From an uncultured Bacilli bacterium (GTDB lineage Bacteria > Bacillota_I > Bacilli_A > RF39 > UBA660), in contig CAKOXI010000002.1 of NCBI GenBank assembly GCA_934130045.1, forward strand, positions 728 to 64,727: a stretch of DNA of 64,000 bases, written 5' to 3'. Each line of letters starts with the position of its first letter. The first letter of the stretch is position 1. Made by a program: the position numbers and the translations under genes. Positions 47,498 to 57,159 of this stretch are shown piece after piece. The notes under the pieces are model-generated. The model made no database searches. It saw nothing but the letters and a program-made list of their open reading frames with translations, and was not told the origin of the DNA.

Positions 47498-48755
47498 TTA
47501 GCTTATTTTTAATTTTTTTTGTTTCTTTTAATTCACTGATTGTTACTATTTGATAACCTTTTTCAATTAATTTAGGAACTAAAATCTCTACAGCTTCACT
47601 CGTTCTTTTATAAGTATCGTGCATTAGAATAATTGAACCATCCTTTACATCTTTTAAAGCATTATTTACGATTGTATTAACATTTTTATATTTCCAATCT
47701 CTAGTATCAACATTCCATAAAATTATTTCCAAATCAGTATTATTTCTTAATTTTTGATTAACTGAACCGTATGTTGGTCTTAAATATATTGGTGTATATC
47801 CAGTATATTTTTTTATTATATCTTGAGTTTTATTAATTTGTTCAATTTGTTCTTTGGCTGAAAGTTTAGTTAACCATCTATGATTATATGAATGATTTCC
47901 TATTTCATTGCCATTTTTATACATTTCAATTATTGTATTACTATGATCTTCTATTTTATTTCCTAAAACGAAAAAAGTAGCATTGCTATTATATTTTTTT
48001 AGAGTATCTAATATTTTTTCTGTGTAAATACTTGGACCATCATCAAATGTAAGTGCAACAACTGGTTTATTTAAATCAATATAATTTATAGTAGGATTGA
48101 TGGTTGGTAATTTATTGTCTTCTGTTTCTTTAAAATTTTTTAGTAAATTAAAATAGCTAAGAGGAACTAAAATTTTCATTATATCATTATAATTATCGCA
48201 TAACTTTTCTCCTTCTATATATAAGGTAACATTTTTTTTATCAAATGAAAAATTAATATCATCGTAATTAAGATTTTGAATTTTCTCCATTTTTATATTA
48301 CTACCATAGTTTTCAAATAGTAAATTATATATTAAAGTATTTGTATTATTGTCGCTTATATCAGAAAATTTTATTTTTTTCTTACTTTTTAAATTGTAAT
48401 TATATGTATATACTTCGTTTTCTATAGATTCATCATTTTTAGAACTTATATGTTTAAATAGTGCTACCGATAAATATTCATTATTTAAATTAGAACAAGA
48501 ATAATCTATATTAAGTTCATATATTTGATCTAATGAACTTATTTTATTATAATTTTCTAAAAAACTATTATAACTTGTATTAACATATTTTTTAATTTCT
48601 TTATTTATATTTGCTAAATTTGTAACAGGGTAATTAATAGCTATAACTGTATTAGTATTTTCTTCTATAATTGTTTTAATTTTATAATTGAATTTACTAC
48701 TTTGTCTGCAACTACAAAATAATAAACAAAAAATAATAATAAAGATTTTTTTCAT
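47484..48755 (-). CDS. Polysaccharide deacetylase (NodB-homology) lipoprotein
   Basis: Lipobox-like IIIFCLLFCSC. NodB motifs VALTFDDGPS, ATFFVLG, GNEIGNHSYNH, RPTYGS, ILMHD. The start Met at 48755 follows SD agaggtg. The track ORF extends to 48803. Confidence 0.85.
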   Translation of the reverse strand: MKKIFIIIFCLLFCSCRQSSKFNYKIKTIIEENTNTVIAINYPVTNLANINKEIKKYVNTSYNSFLENYNKISSLDQIYELNIDYSCSNLNNEYLSVALFKHISSKNDESIENEVYTYNYNLKSKKKIKFSDISDNNTNTLIYNLLFENYGSNIKMEKIQNLNYDDINFSFDKKNVTLYIEGEKLCDNYNDIMKILVPLSYFNLLKNFKETEDNKLPTINPTINYIDLNKPVVALTFDDGPSIYTEKILDTLKKYNSNATFFVLGNKIEDHSNTIIEMYKNGNEIGNHSYNHRWLTKLSAKEQIEQINKTQDIIKKYTGYTPIYLRPTYGSVNQKLRNNTDLEIILWNVDTRDWKYKNVNTIVNNALKDVKDGSIILMHDTYKRTSEAVEILVPKLIEKGYQIVTISELKETKKIKNKLNEKQ

Positions 48756-48780
48756 GATACACCTCTTATTAAAATATATT

Positions 48781-49020
48781 AAAAATATATAAAAAAAGAC
48801 CAAAAGCGAAAAAAAGTTTGCTATAAAATTTTGAGATTTATTTTTGTAAAAAATCTAAAAAAATTAAAAATTTAAAAAAACAAAAAATCTAAAAATTTGA
48901 AAATAGTGAAAAAAATTAAAGCGAGTTTTTAGAAAATATAATGAAAATAAGCAAAAAAAATTTTAAAAAAATGAAAAATGTCAAATATGTAAAATAAAAA
49001 ATATTGAAAAATAAGGGCTA
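48781..49020 (+). other. Long strand-asymmetric A-rich tract in a divergent intergenic region
   Basis: About 240 nt dominated by A-runs of 4-9 nt on the + strand, with recurring words (aaaaaatctaaaaa occurs twice; also aaaaatttaaaaaaa and aaaaaaaattttaaaaaaa). Confidence 0.8.
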
Positions 49021-49063
49021 ATTTTGTCAATACCTAAAAGTTAAAAAAGTTTCGAACATTTGA

Positions 49064-49092
49064 TTGACAACCAAGGTATAAGTTACTATAAT
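49064..49092 (+). promoter_or_regulatory. Sigma-A-type promoter of nrdD
   Basis: ttgaca (49064-49069), 17-nt spacer, tataat (49087-49092). Confidence 0.65.
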
Positions 49093-49129
49093 TAAGGTGT
49101 AATAATAATGATGATAGGAGTGAGTTTTA

Positions 49130-51442
49130 ATGTCAGTAGTAGAAGAAGAGCGTAAGATTACTTTAAAAGTTGTCAAAAGGGATGGGAAAAAGGTTGATTT
49201 TAATGGAACAAAGATAGCCTTGGCTATAAAAAAAGCTTTTGATCATATTGATAAACTTGATGATGGTGAAGAAAATAACAGCACAGGATATACTGAAAAG
49301 GATATAAATAATATATATAAAACCGTTATAACAAGAATTGAAAAAGAATATGCTGATGAAGACAAAATAAAAATTGAAACAATTCAGGATATGATTGAAG
49401 AAACTTTAAAGAAAAAAGGTTATGACGATATATATGAAGAATTTTCATCTTATAGAGAAAGAAGAAATCAATCAAGAAAACTATTTAGTGATGAAAAGAA
49501 AATGCATAAATTTTTAAAAACAATTGAAGGCTTAGGTTTAAAATCTGCAAGTGAAGATAATAACAAAAGAGAAAATGCCAATGTTGATGGTGATACTGCA
49601 ATGGGAACAATGCTTCAATATGGTAGTACTGTTTCTAAAGAATTTGCTAAGTCTTATTTAATGAAGAAAAAATTTGCAGAAGCACATGATAATGGTGATA
49701 TTCATATTCACGATATGGATTTCCTTCCTATGGGAACTACAACATGTATGCAAATAGATTTAAATAAATTATTTAAAAATGGTTTTTCAACAGGTCATGG
49801 ACATTTAAGAGAACCAAATGATATTATGTCATATTCAGCTTTAGCAGCAATTGCTATTCAATCAAATCAAAATGATCAACATGGTGGTCAAAGTATACCA
49901 GCATTTGATTATTATTTAGCTCCTGGTGTTTTAAAAACTTTCAAAAAACAATTTAAACAAACTATTAGCGATTTGTTAGATTATTCTGGGTTTGAAACTT
50001 TTATTAACATGAATAGTGTTGCAAAAGAAATTGATAAATTAAATAGTATTGAAGTTGATTTAGCAGACTTTGAAAAATTTATTAAAAATAATGAAGAAGT
50101 TGGTAGATTATTTAGAATAGCTTATGATAAAGCATATAGTAAAACTGATAGAATAACATATCAAGCTATGGAAGCATTCGTTCATAATTTAAATACAATG
50201 CATTCAAGAGCAGGTGCTCAAGTACCTTTTTCATCAATAAATTTTGGAACGGATACATCTAGCGAGGGAAGAATGGTAGTAAAAAATTATTTACTTGCTG
50301 TTGATGCTGGCTTAGGTCAAAGTGAAACTCCTATTTTTCCAATTTCGATTTTTAAAGTAAAAGATGGTGTTAATTTTAACCCAGGAGAACCTAACTATGA
50401 TTTGTTTAAATTATCTTGTCGAGTATCTGCAAAGAGATTATTTCCAAATTTCTCCTTTATAGATGCACCATATAATTTACAATATTATAAAGAAGGAGAT
50501 TTTACAACTGAAGTTGGTTATATGGGATGTCGTACTAGAGTTTTAGGTAATGTAGTTGATCCTGATAAGTCAGTTACTCCAGGTCGTGGTAATCTATCAT
50601 TTACTTCTATAAATTTACCACGTTTGGGTATAAAACATGGTATTGTAAGTAATGAAAAAACAGACTTAGATGGTTTCTTTAGTGAACTTTCAGACTTAAT
50701 GGATTTGGTAAAAGATCAATTATTAGAAAGATTTGAAATTCAATGTAATCGTCATGTATATAATTTTCCATTTTTATTAGGTCAAGGTATTTGGATGGAT
50801 TCAGAAAAATTAAAACCAAATGATAAACTAAGAAAAGTATTAAAGCATGGAACATTAAGTATCGGATTTATAGGTTTAGCAGAATGTTTAAAAGCATTAG
50901 TTGGTAAACATCATGGTGAATCTGAAGAATCACAAAAATTAGGTAAAAAAATTATTGGCTTTATGAGAAAAAAATGTGATGAGTACTCAGAAAAATATAA
51001 TTTAAATTTCACATTGTTAGCAACACCTGCTGAGGGATTATCAGGAAGATTTGTAAATATTGATAAAGCAATTTATGGAAAAATAAAAGGTGTTACTGAT
51101 AGAAATTATTACACAAATTCATTCCATATTCCAGTTTACTATAATATTTCAATTGCTGATAAACTTCATCTTGAAGCTCCTTATCATGCATTAACTAATG
51201 CAGGACATATTTCCTATATTGAATTAGATGGAGATCCAACTGAGAATGTAGAAGTATTTGAAAAAATTGTTAGAATTATGAAAAAAGAGGGAATTGGGTA
51301 TGGCGCAATTAACCATCCAGTAGATAGAGATCCAGTTTGTGGTTATGTCGGAATAATAAAAGATGTTTGCCCAAGATGTGGAAGAAAAGCTTATGAAGCT
51401 GTTAGTGTTGATAAATTAAAAAATTTAGATTGCTGTAAATAA
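49130..51442 (+). CDS. nrdD: Anaerobic ribonucleoside-triphosphate reductase large chain (class III RNR), lacking the glycyl-radical segment
   Basis: N-terminal ATP-cone (VVKRDGKKVDFNGTKIALAIKKAF). Core motifs HIHDMD, GGQSIPAFDYY, NLSFTSINLPRLG, ATPAEG. C-terminal Cys cluster PVCGY...VCPRCGRK...DCCK, then a stop before any RxxGY motif. Confidence 0.9.
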   Translation: MSVVEEERKITLKVVKRDGKKVDFNGTKIALAIKKAFDHIDKLDDGEENNSTGYTEKDINNIYKTVITRIEKEYADEDKIKIETIQDMIEETLKKKGYDDIYEEFSSYRERRNQSRKLFSDEKKMHKFLKTIEGLGLKSASEDNNKRENANVDGDTAMGTMLQYGSTVSKEFAKSYLMKKKFAEAHDNGDIHIHDMDFLPMGTTTCMQIDLNKLFKNGFSTGHGHLREPNDIMSYSALAAIAIQSNQNDQHGGQSIPAFDYYLAPGVLKTFKKQFKQTISDLLDYSGFETFINMNSVAKEIDKLNSIEVDLADFEKFIKNNEEVGRLFRIAYDKAYSKTDRITYQAMEAFVHNLNTMHSRAGAQVPFSSINFGTDTSSEGRMVVKNYLLAVDAGLGQSETPIFPISIFKVKDGVNFNPGEPNYDLFKLSCRVSAKRLFPNFSFIDAPYNLQYYKEGDFTTEVGYMGCRTRVLGNVVDPDKSVTPGRGNLSFTSINLPRLGIKHGIVSNEKTDLDGFFSELSDLMDLVKDQLLERFEIQCNRHVYNFPFLLGQGIWMDSEKLKPNDKLRKVLKHGTLSIGFIGLAECLKALVGKHHGESEESQKLGKKIIGFMRKKCDEYSEKYNLNFTLLATPAEGLSGRFVNIDKAIYGKIKGVTDRNYYTNSFHIPVYYNISIADKLHLEAPYHALTNAGHISYIELDGDPTENVEVFEKIVRIMKKEGIGYGAINHPVDRDPVCGYVGIIKDVCPRCGRKAYEAVSVDKLKNLDCCK

Positions 51443-51461
51443 ATTTGAAAGGGGAATTTAT

Positions 51462-51641
51462 ATGAAAGTAGAAGAAAAAAATGTTATATCAAATGATAAA
51501 GAAAAAAAGGTTGGAGAAGGTGTAGGATTCGAAAGAATTAGAAGAATTACTGGCTATTTAGTTGGAACAGTTGATCGATTTAATAATGGTAAACGTGCCG
51601 AAGAACATGATCGTGTAAAACATTCATTAGGAAATATTTAA
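51462..51641 (+). CDS. Stand-alone 59-aa glycyl-radical domain peptide of class III RNR (not on the ORF track)
   Basis: SD gaaagggg 7 nt before the ATG. Residues FERIRRITGYLVGTVDRFNNGKRAEEHDRVKH carry the canonical NrdD C-terminal glycyl-radical motif. It ends 1 nt before the nrdG start. Confidence 0.75.
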   Translation: MKVEEKNVISNDKEKKVGEGVGFERIRRITGYLVGTVDRFNNGKRAEEHDRVKHSLGNI

Positions 51642-51642
51642 A

Positions 51643-52203
51643 TTGAAAATAAGACTTGCTGGCAATTTACAAAGGGATAGCATAGTAGATGGTGAAGGTC
51701 TTAGAACAGTTATTTGGACACAAGGATGTTCTCATAATTGCCTAGGTTGTCATAATCCAGAAACTCATGATTTTAATGCTGGTTTTTCTGTAGATATTGA
51801 AGAAATAAAACAAGAAATAAAAAATCTTCAATATCAAGATGGAATAACATTTTCTGGTGGCGATCCTTTCTTTCAAGCTAGTGCTTGTGCAGAAATTGCT
51901 AAATATGCTAAAGAATTAGGACTTAATATATGGAGTTATACAGGGTATACATATGAGCAGCTTTTAGATATCTCTAAAAAAAATCCTAAGATATTAGAAT
52001 TTTTAAAAAGTATTGATGTTTTAGTAGATGGTAGGTTTGTTTTGACACAAAAAAGTTTAAATGTTAAATTTAGAGGTTCTACAAATCAAAGAATTATTGA
52101 TGTAAAAAAGAGTTTAAATACTGGTGAGACTTGTATAATAACAAAATATGATGATATCGATAATATGAATTTATTAAAGAAAAGGAGAGAATTATATATA
52201 TAA
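51643..52203 (+). CDS. nrdG: Anaerobic RNR activating radical-SAM protein
   Basis: DGEGLRTVIWTQGCSHNCLGCHNPETH (CxxxCxxC cluster), GITFSGGDPF. TTG start. Confidence 0.9.
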   Translation: MKIRLAGNLQRDSIVDGEGLRTVIWTQGCSHNCLGCHNPETHDFNAGFSVDIEEIKQEIKNLQYQDGITFSGGDPFFQASACAEIAKYAKELGLNIWSYTGYTYEQLLDISKKNPKILEFLKSIDVLVDGRFVLTQKSLNVKFRGSTNQRIIDVKKSLNTGETCIITKYDDIDNMNLLKKRRELYI

Positions 52204-52262
52204 TTTTCTTTTTTATTGATTTAATGTTAAAAATATTATAAACTAATGATGGAGGATGTATA

Positions 52263-52994
52263 ATGGAACGTAAAAACATAATTTTGAAAATAATAATATT
52301 AATTTTATTTATATCAACACTAGTAGTTGTTAGCATAAATAAAACAAAAAAACAAAGTTTTAGCGATGCTTTAAAATTTAAGGAAGAATATGAAAGTTTG
52401 AATGATAAATTAAATTCAGATGGCAATAGCTATAATAATGTAGAAATACCCGAAAATAATCCAATAAAGTATATAAATGTAAAAGAAGCTATAAATATTA
52501 TAAAAAATGGTGAAGGGGTAATTTATTTTGGAGCTAATTGGTGTCCTTGGTGTAGAAATGCTGTAGGAGTTTTATTAGATGCTGCATCAAATAAAATGCT
52601 TGATACTATTTATTATCTCGATATGGATAAAGTTAGAAATAAATTTAGTGTAGTTGATGGGGAAATTACTAAAATTCAGGTAGAACAAGATGGATATTAT
52701 GAATTATTGGATTTGTTAGATGAAGTATTAAATAAAGATACATATAAAATTACTGATTCAGATGGTAATGTTTATGATACTAATGAGAAACGAATATATA
52801 TGCCATTTGTGATTGCGGTTAAAAATGGAAAAATATTAAGTAATCATGTTTCAACAGTGGAACTTAATGATAATCAAACTAAATATAGTTATTTGACTGA
52901 TGAACAAAAAAATGAATTATTTAAAATTTATATAAAAATAATTGAATCAATTGAATTAGAAGATTCTTGTGGAATTGATACAAGTTGTGATTAA
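52263..52994 (+). CDS. Membrane-anchored thioredoxin-fold protein (CPWC active site)
   Basis: N-terminal TM. VIYFGANWCPWCRN is a CxxC thioredoxin-like motif. Confidence 0.6.
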   Translation: MERKNIILKIIILILFISTLVVVSINKTKKQSFSDALKFKEEYESLNDKLNSDGNSYNNVEIPENNPIKYINVKEAINIIKNGEGVIYFGANWCPWCRNAVGVLLDAASNKMLDTIYYLDMDKVRNKFSVVDGEITKIQVEQDGYYELLDLLDEVLNKDTYKITDSDGNVYDTNEKRIYMPFVIAVKNGKILSNHVSTVELNDNQTKYSYLTDEQKNELFKIYIKIIESIELEDSCGIDTSCD

Positions 52995-53059
52995 AAAAAT
53001 ATAATATTTTTTATTAAAGTTTCAATAAAAAGATGATTAGATGGTTAGTAATGAAATAG

Positions 53060-53092
53060 ATAATTCCCGTATTTTACAGGAGTTATTTTTTT
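53060..53092 (+). terminator. Intrinsic terminator
   Basis: Stem ataattcc/ggagttat (one G-U pair), 11-nt loop, T7 run. Confidence 0.6.
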
Positions 53093-53112
53093 ATATTGTA
53101 CATTAAGATATA

Positions 53113-53163
53113 ATAAAAAAACCTATAAGTGGAACCTCAAAAGAAAGGCTTATCTTATAGGTT
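53113..53163 (-). terminator. Intrinsic terminator of ponA (minus strand)
   Basis: 10-bp stem aacctataag/cttataggtt with a long loop. The A7 run on the + strand gives a T7 run on the minus strand. Confidence 0.65.
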
Positions 53164-53174
53164 TTATTTTAATA

Positions 53175-56100
53175 TTATGGAATTATTTTTATTGTTTTTG
53201 TAATTTCAAAATGTTCATTTTTATAGGTAATAGAATATTTAATTTCATATGTATCTTCTTTTGATGTATCTATATTTGAAATTGAATCTATTAATTTAGA
53301 ATCTGATTTTCTTGTAATTGTATCGATTTTTATTGTTGATTTATTTGTAACATCAGTACCATTTTCTGTAACTTTAATATGGTTATCAGGTTCTACATAT
53401 GTTACATTTAATTTTACTGATACTGTATTTTCTGTTGTTAGTGTAACTTTAATATCTTTAGTGTTGGCACTAACATTTACTTTTACTTCTGTTCCATCAC
53501 TCATATTATCTTTAAAAATTGTATAACATGTTTTTACCACGTATGTAATATTTTTATCACTAGTAGTATTGACTTCATGTGTATAAGTATTATCTTTAGT
53601 AAAATCTATCAATGTTAAATTTCCATTATCATCTTTTGTGTAGATATTGTAACCAATAGAACCAACATTTGTTGAATTGTAAGATAATCTTTCTTGTAAT
53701 TTTTCTCTTTGAAAATCTTCATTAGTATATAATTTTTTAAAGAATTCTGTTAAATAAGCTTCATCTATAGCATTAGGTGTTTTTATTTTATTCCAATTTA
53801 ATGTGATTTTATTTCCAGAAACAGTTGCCTTAAGATTTGTTACATTATTTAATTTAGAAAATCTATTAGAAACTTCAGTAGGTTCAGTACCTGCTTTAAA
53901 TAATTCTGTTATTCTCATTTGACTAGGTGTAAATTCACTAGCTAATTGAGCTGGCAATGTTTCCCATTCGACAGTAACAGGAATTACATTTGATGGTCTT
54001 TCAAAATTTGCCTCACTAAATATTGCTTTAGCAACTGTTTGAAATAGTCTTGAGTGGTTAGCATTTCCCATTATTGTATAATAACCATTTGCAGCATCTT
54101 CTTTGTTTATTGTCTGATATCCATACCAAACTGCAATAGAATAATTTGAATCATATCCAGCAACCCATAAATCATTTATAGCAGAAGCTGGTAAATTTTT
54201 AGCCTCTAATTGTTTTTCATCAAAATTTGTAGTACCAGTTTTTGCTGCATATTTTACTCCATTAACATTTGAATATTGCCCTAATGCCCATGATGCAGTA
54301 TCCTGTAACATATTTGTTATCATATAAGCTGTGTCGTTACCCATTGCTTTTCTTGATGATGTTTTTACTTCATATGTTTCACCTGTATCGATTCTTGTAA
54401 CTTTTGTAAAACTATATGGTTCATTATAATAACCAGAATTTGCAAACGCAGCATATGCAGCAGCTAGTGATAGTGGAGTTTCACCAGTATATGCTCCAAT
54501 AGCATGTGCTTCATGAATGTATCCATTTTCTAATTCTGGTGATAAACCTAAATTTGTAACCATTTCATAAATTTTAGAATTAGCAACACTTTGGAAAGTT
54601 TTTAATGCTGGTATATTTCTAGAACCAACTAATACTGATCTAATTGTTGCAAATCCTTGATATTTTAAATCCCAGTTATTAATTTCTCCTCCACCAGTAT
54701 AGGTATATTTTTCATCAGTAATAGGTCCATATGTTGATAAATTATTATATTCAATAGCAGGGGCATAATCATAAAGAGGTTTAGCTGTAGAACCAATTTG
54801 TCTCACTTCATCTGTTGCATAATTCCAAATCTTTGCTTCATTTTTTCTATTTGAACCAATTGCAACAATCGCTCCATTTTTAACATTTATAACAGCAATT
54901 CCAGCTTGAACTTTATCATTTTCCCAATCATAAGTTTCACCTGACATAATCTTATTAATATGATCTTGATAAGATTTATTCATGGTTGTTTCAATTTTTA
55001 AAGGTATTGTATTGGGATCCCATCCTGTTTTATCCTTTACATCTTCAGCAACCATATCCATGAATCCACGATATTCACCATTTTCATCAGGTCTTGTACC
55101 AACAACTATTTTATCAACTGTTAGTTTTTCTGCTATTTCTTTTTCTTCTTTTGTTATATAACCATGTCTTTCCATTAATCTTAATACAGTTAATCTTCTA
55201 TCTTCGGCTTTTTTAGCGCTTTCTTCACTTCTCAATGGATCATATGAACCAGGTGATTGGTATAAACCAGCGATTAATGCAGCTTCTGATAAATTTAAAT
55301 CTTTTGCTGATTTGTTGAAATAAGTTTTACTTGCTTGTTCAACACCATATGAATTACTTCCTAAAAAACTATAATTTACATAGAATTCCATTAATTCTTG
55401 TTTTGTATAATTTTTTTCAAGTATAAATATTGACATATAAATATCAGTAAATTTTCTTTTTATTCCAGTTATACCAGTACTTTTTTCTTCAGTATTTTTA
55501 TTTTGAACTGTGAAAGCATTTTTTACAATTTGCATAGTTAATGTAGAAGCACCACCAGCATCTGAATTACCAGCTACTTGACCTAAGCTTGCTTTTAAAA
55601 ATCTTGGTAAATCAAAACCATTATGTTGAAAAAATCTTGAATCTTCGGTTGCAACAATAGCGTCAATTAATATCTCAGGTAGCTCATTGTAAGTAATTAT
55701 TTCACGATTTTCGTTTCCTAATCTACCAATTTCTTGTCCATCACTGCTATACATAATGGATGATTCTTTCATCATTAAGTTTTCAACATTGAAGTCTGGT
55801 GCTTCATCAACAATCATTTTAAAAAATAGACATATAGCAATTAAAATAGCAATTCCAATTACAAAACAAGATATTAAAACTATTTTTATAATTTTTTTGC
55901 GTAGTTCTTTTTTTTGTTCCTTTGTTTTTTTATTAACTTTTTTCTCTTTTTCACTTTTAGATGTATTTAATTGTTTGTCTTTATTTTTTATTACTTTTTT
56001 ATTATTTGACATAACTTCATTACTCCTATCTTTATTAATATTATATTTTTCGTAAAAAAATATTAAATCAGTTATTGTAAATGTAAATATTATAGAATCT

Positions 56101-56225
56101 AAAATACTAACCATTGAACATAATATTAATGTAATAAATATAAGTACTACATATAAATAATGGTATTGATTATCTTTAAAAAAATTTTTAATTTTGTTTA
56201 AATAACCATTTATCTTATTAGGCAT
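53175..56225 (-). CDS. ponA: Bifunctional class A penicillin-binding protein (PBP1A type) with long C-terminal extension
   Basis: GT51 motifs EDSRFFQHNGFD, GASTLTMQ, RKFTDIY. Transpeptidase motifs STAKP (SxxK), SRN, KTGTT. The C-terminal roughly 250 aa are beta-rich and FN3-like. recU lies immediately upstream, as in Bacillus. Confidence 0.92.
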   Translation of the reverse strand: MPNKINGYLNKIKNFFKDNQYHYLYVVLIFITLILCSMVSILDSIIFTFTITDLIFFYEKYNINKDRSNEVMSNNKKVIKNKDKQLNTSKSEKEKKVNKKTKEQKKELRKKIIKIVLISCFVIGIAILIAICLFFKMIVDEAPDFNVENLMMKESSIMYSSDGQEIGRLGNENREIITYNELPEILIDAIVATEDSRFFQHNGFDLPRFLKASLGQVAGNSDAGGASTLTMQIVKNAFTVQNKNTEEKSTGITGIKRKFTDIYMSIFILEKNYTKQELMEFYVNYSFLGSNSYGVEQASKTYFNKSAKDLNLSEAALIAGLYQSPGSYDPLRSEESAKKAEDRRLTVLRLMERHGYITKEEKEIAEKLTVDKIVVGTRPDENGEYRGFMDMVAEDVKDKTGWDPNTIPLKIETTMNKSYQDHINKIMSGETYDWENDKVQAGIAVINVKNGAIVAIGSNRKNEAKIWNYATDEVRQIGSTAKPLYDYAPAIEYNNLSTYGPITDEKYTYTGGGEINNWDLKYQGFATIRSVLVGSRNIPALKTFQSVANSKIYEMVTNLGLSPELENGYIHEAHAIGAYTGETPLSLAAAYAAFANSGYYNEPYSFTKVTRIDTGETYEVKTSSRKAMGNDTAYMITNMLQDTASWALGQYSNVNGVKYAAKTGTTNFDEKQLEAKNLPASAINDLWVAGYDSNYSIAVWYGYQTINKEDAANGYYTIMGNANHSRLFQTVAKAIFSEANFERPSNVIPVTVEWETLPAQLASEFTPSQMRITELFKAGTEPTEVSNRFSKLNNVTNLKATVSGNKITLNWNKIKTPNAIDEAYLTEFFKKLYTNEDFQREKLQERLSYNSTNVGSIGYNIYTKDDNGNLTLIDFTKDNTYTHEVNTTSDKNITYVVKTCYTIFKDNMSDGTEVKVNVSANTKDIKVTLTTENTVSVKLNVTYVEPDNHIKVTENGTDVTNKSTIKIDTITRKSDSKLIDSISNIDTSKEDTYEIKYSITYKNEHFEITKTIKIIP

Positions 56226-56226
56226 A

Positions 56227-56790
56227 TTAATCTCCTTTTAAATAAAATTTATCTATTATATTTAAATAATCAAGTCGTGGGTTATACTTCTCAACTAATA
56301 TATGACCATTGTCTTCAAAAAATTTAATGGGAATAGTTTTTTTATTAAATATTTCTAAATAATCTAAAAATACTTTTGCATCTATAAAAAAAGTTTTATT
56401 ATATAAAGTAAATTTAATTATTAAAAATGCGATACCGCCAGCATCAATAACATGTTTTAAATGGTCTAACTGATGTTTATGTATATTTATAAGTGGGAAT
56501 CCAACTTTATTTTTTGTTTCCTTTGCTTCAAAATCTATATACTTTCCTTTATAAACTCCGTTATAATCAGTAGTAGATGGAATTTTAAAGTATGCTTCCT
56601 TAATGACCGCATCCTTCCTTGATTTATAATCTACCGAAACTATAGTAATAGGTGTTGGTTTTTTATAAATTACTGCAATATTATTTTGTAAATAATAATT
56701 ATTAGTATCATTTAAATCATTTTCAAGATTCATACCACGATTACTATAATTAGTAATTTGTGTCTTTCTAATATTATTGGGATAGTTCAT
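56227..56790 (-). CDS. recU: Holliday junction resolvase RecU
   Basis: NRGMNLENDLNDTNNYY, DYNGVYKGKYIDFEAKET, LINIHKHQLDHL. recU-ponA synteny. The start Met at 56790 follows SD gaaggtgg (track start 56799). Confidence 0.88.
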   Translation of the reverse strand: MNYPNNIRKTQITNYSNRGMNLENDLNDTNNYYLQNNIAVIYKKPTPITIVSVDYKSRKDAVIKEAYFKIPSTTDYNGVYKGKYIDFEAKETKNKVGFPLINIHKHQLDHLKHVIDAGGIAFLIIKFTLYNKTFFIDAKVFLDYLEIFNKKTIPIKFFEDNGHILVEKYNPRLDYLNIIDKFYLKGD

Positions 56791-57159
56791 TTTAACCACC
56801 TTCTAAGATTATACTATAAAATTTTAGTTTTTTCTACATAAATTTAATTTAAAAGTGTAAAGTAAAAAAATGTCATTTTTAGTCGTATATAAATATTTTC
56901 TATTTTTGTCGAATTACAACAATTAATTTTTATATATGATAATATTTATGATGAAAGGGATGGTAAGTGTGATTATGCAACATCATATAGAGGATATATT
57001 TAATAATATGATTGATGATATTTGTTATATAAAGAAAACTGCTTGTTTTAAATATAGAAAAAATAAGTAGTTTTTATTTGCTCTAATTTTTATTAGTAAT
57101 TGACAAATTATAAAATATTTGAGAAAATATAAACGAACGAGATAGAGAGGTGTATGAAT

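Noticed and set aside
52094-52426. Minus-strand 110-aa ORF spanning the nrdG end and the thioredoxin-like gene start
   Set aside because: It is antisense to two supported genes and their intergenic SD region, and its translation is low-complexity.
55756-56055. A + strand 99-aa ORF inside ponA, and the minus-strand ORF 63249-63458 inside yqeH
   Set aside because: They are antisense to confidently assigned genes, and their hydrophobic low-complexity translations are typical of AT-rich antisense frames.
56948-57070. A 40-codon ORF (MMKGMVSVIMQHHIEDIFNNMIDDICYIKKTACFKYRKNK) in the recU/gpsB divergent spacer
   Set aside because: It has several in-frame candidate starts but no convincingly spaced SD, and it carries no motif. 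It lies where the recU and gpsB promoters must be. I kept it as a note only; Ribo-seq could revive it.
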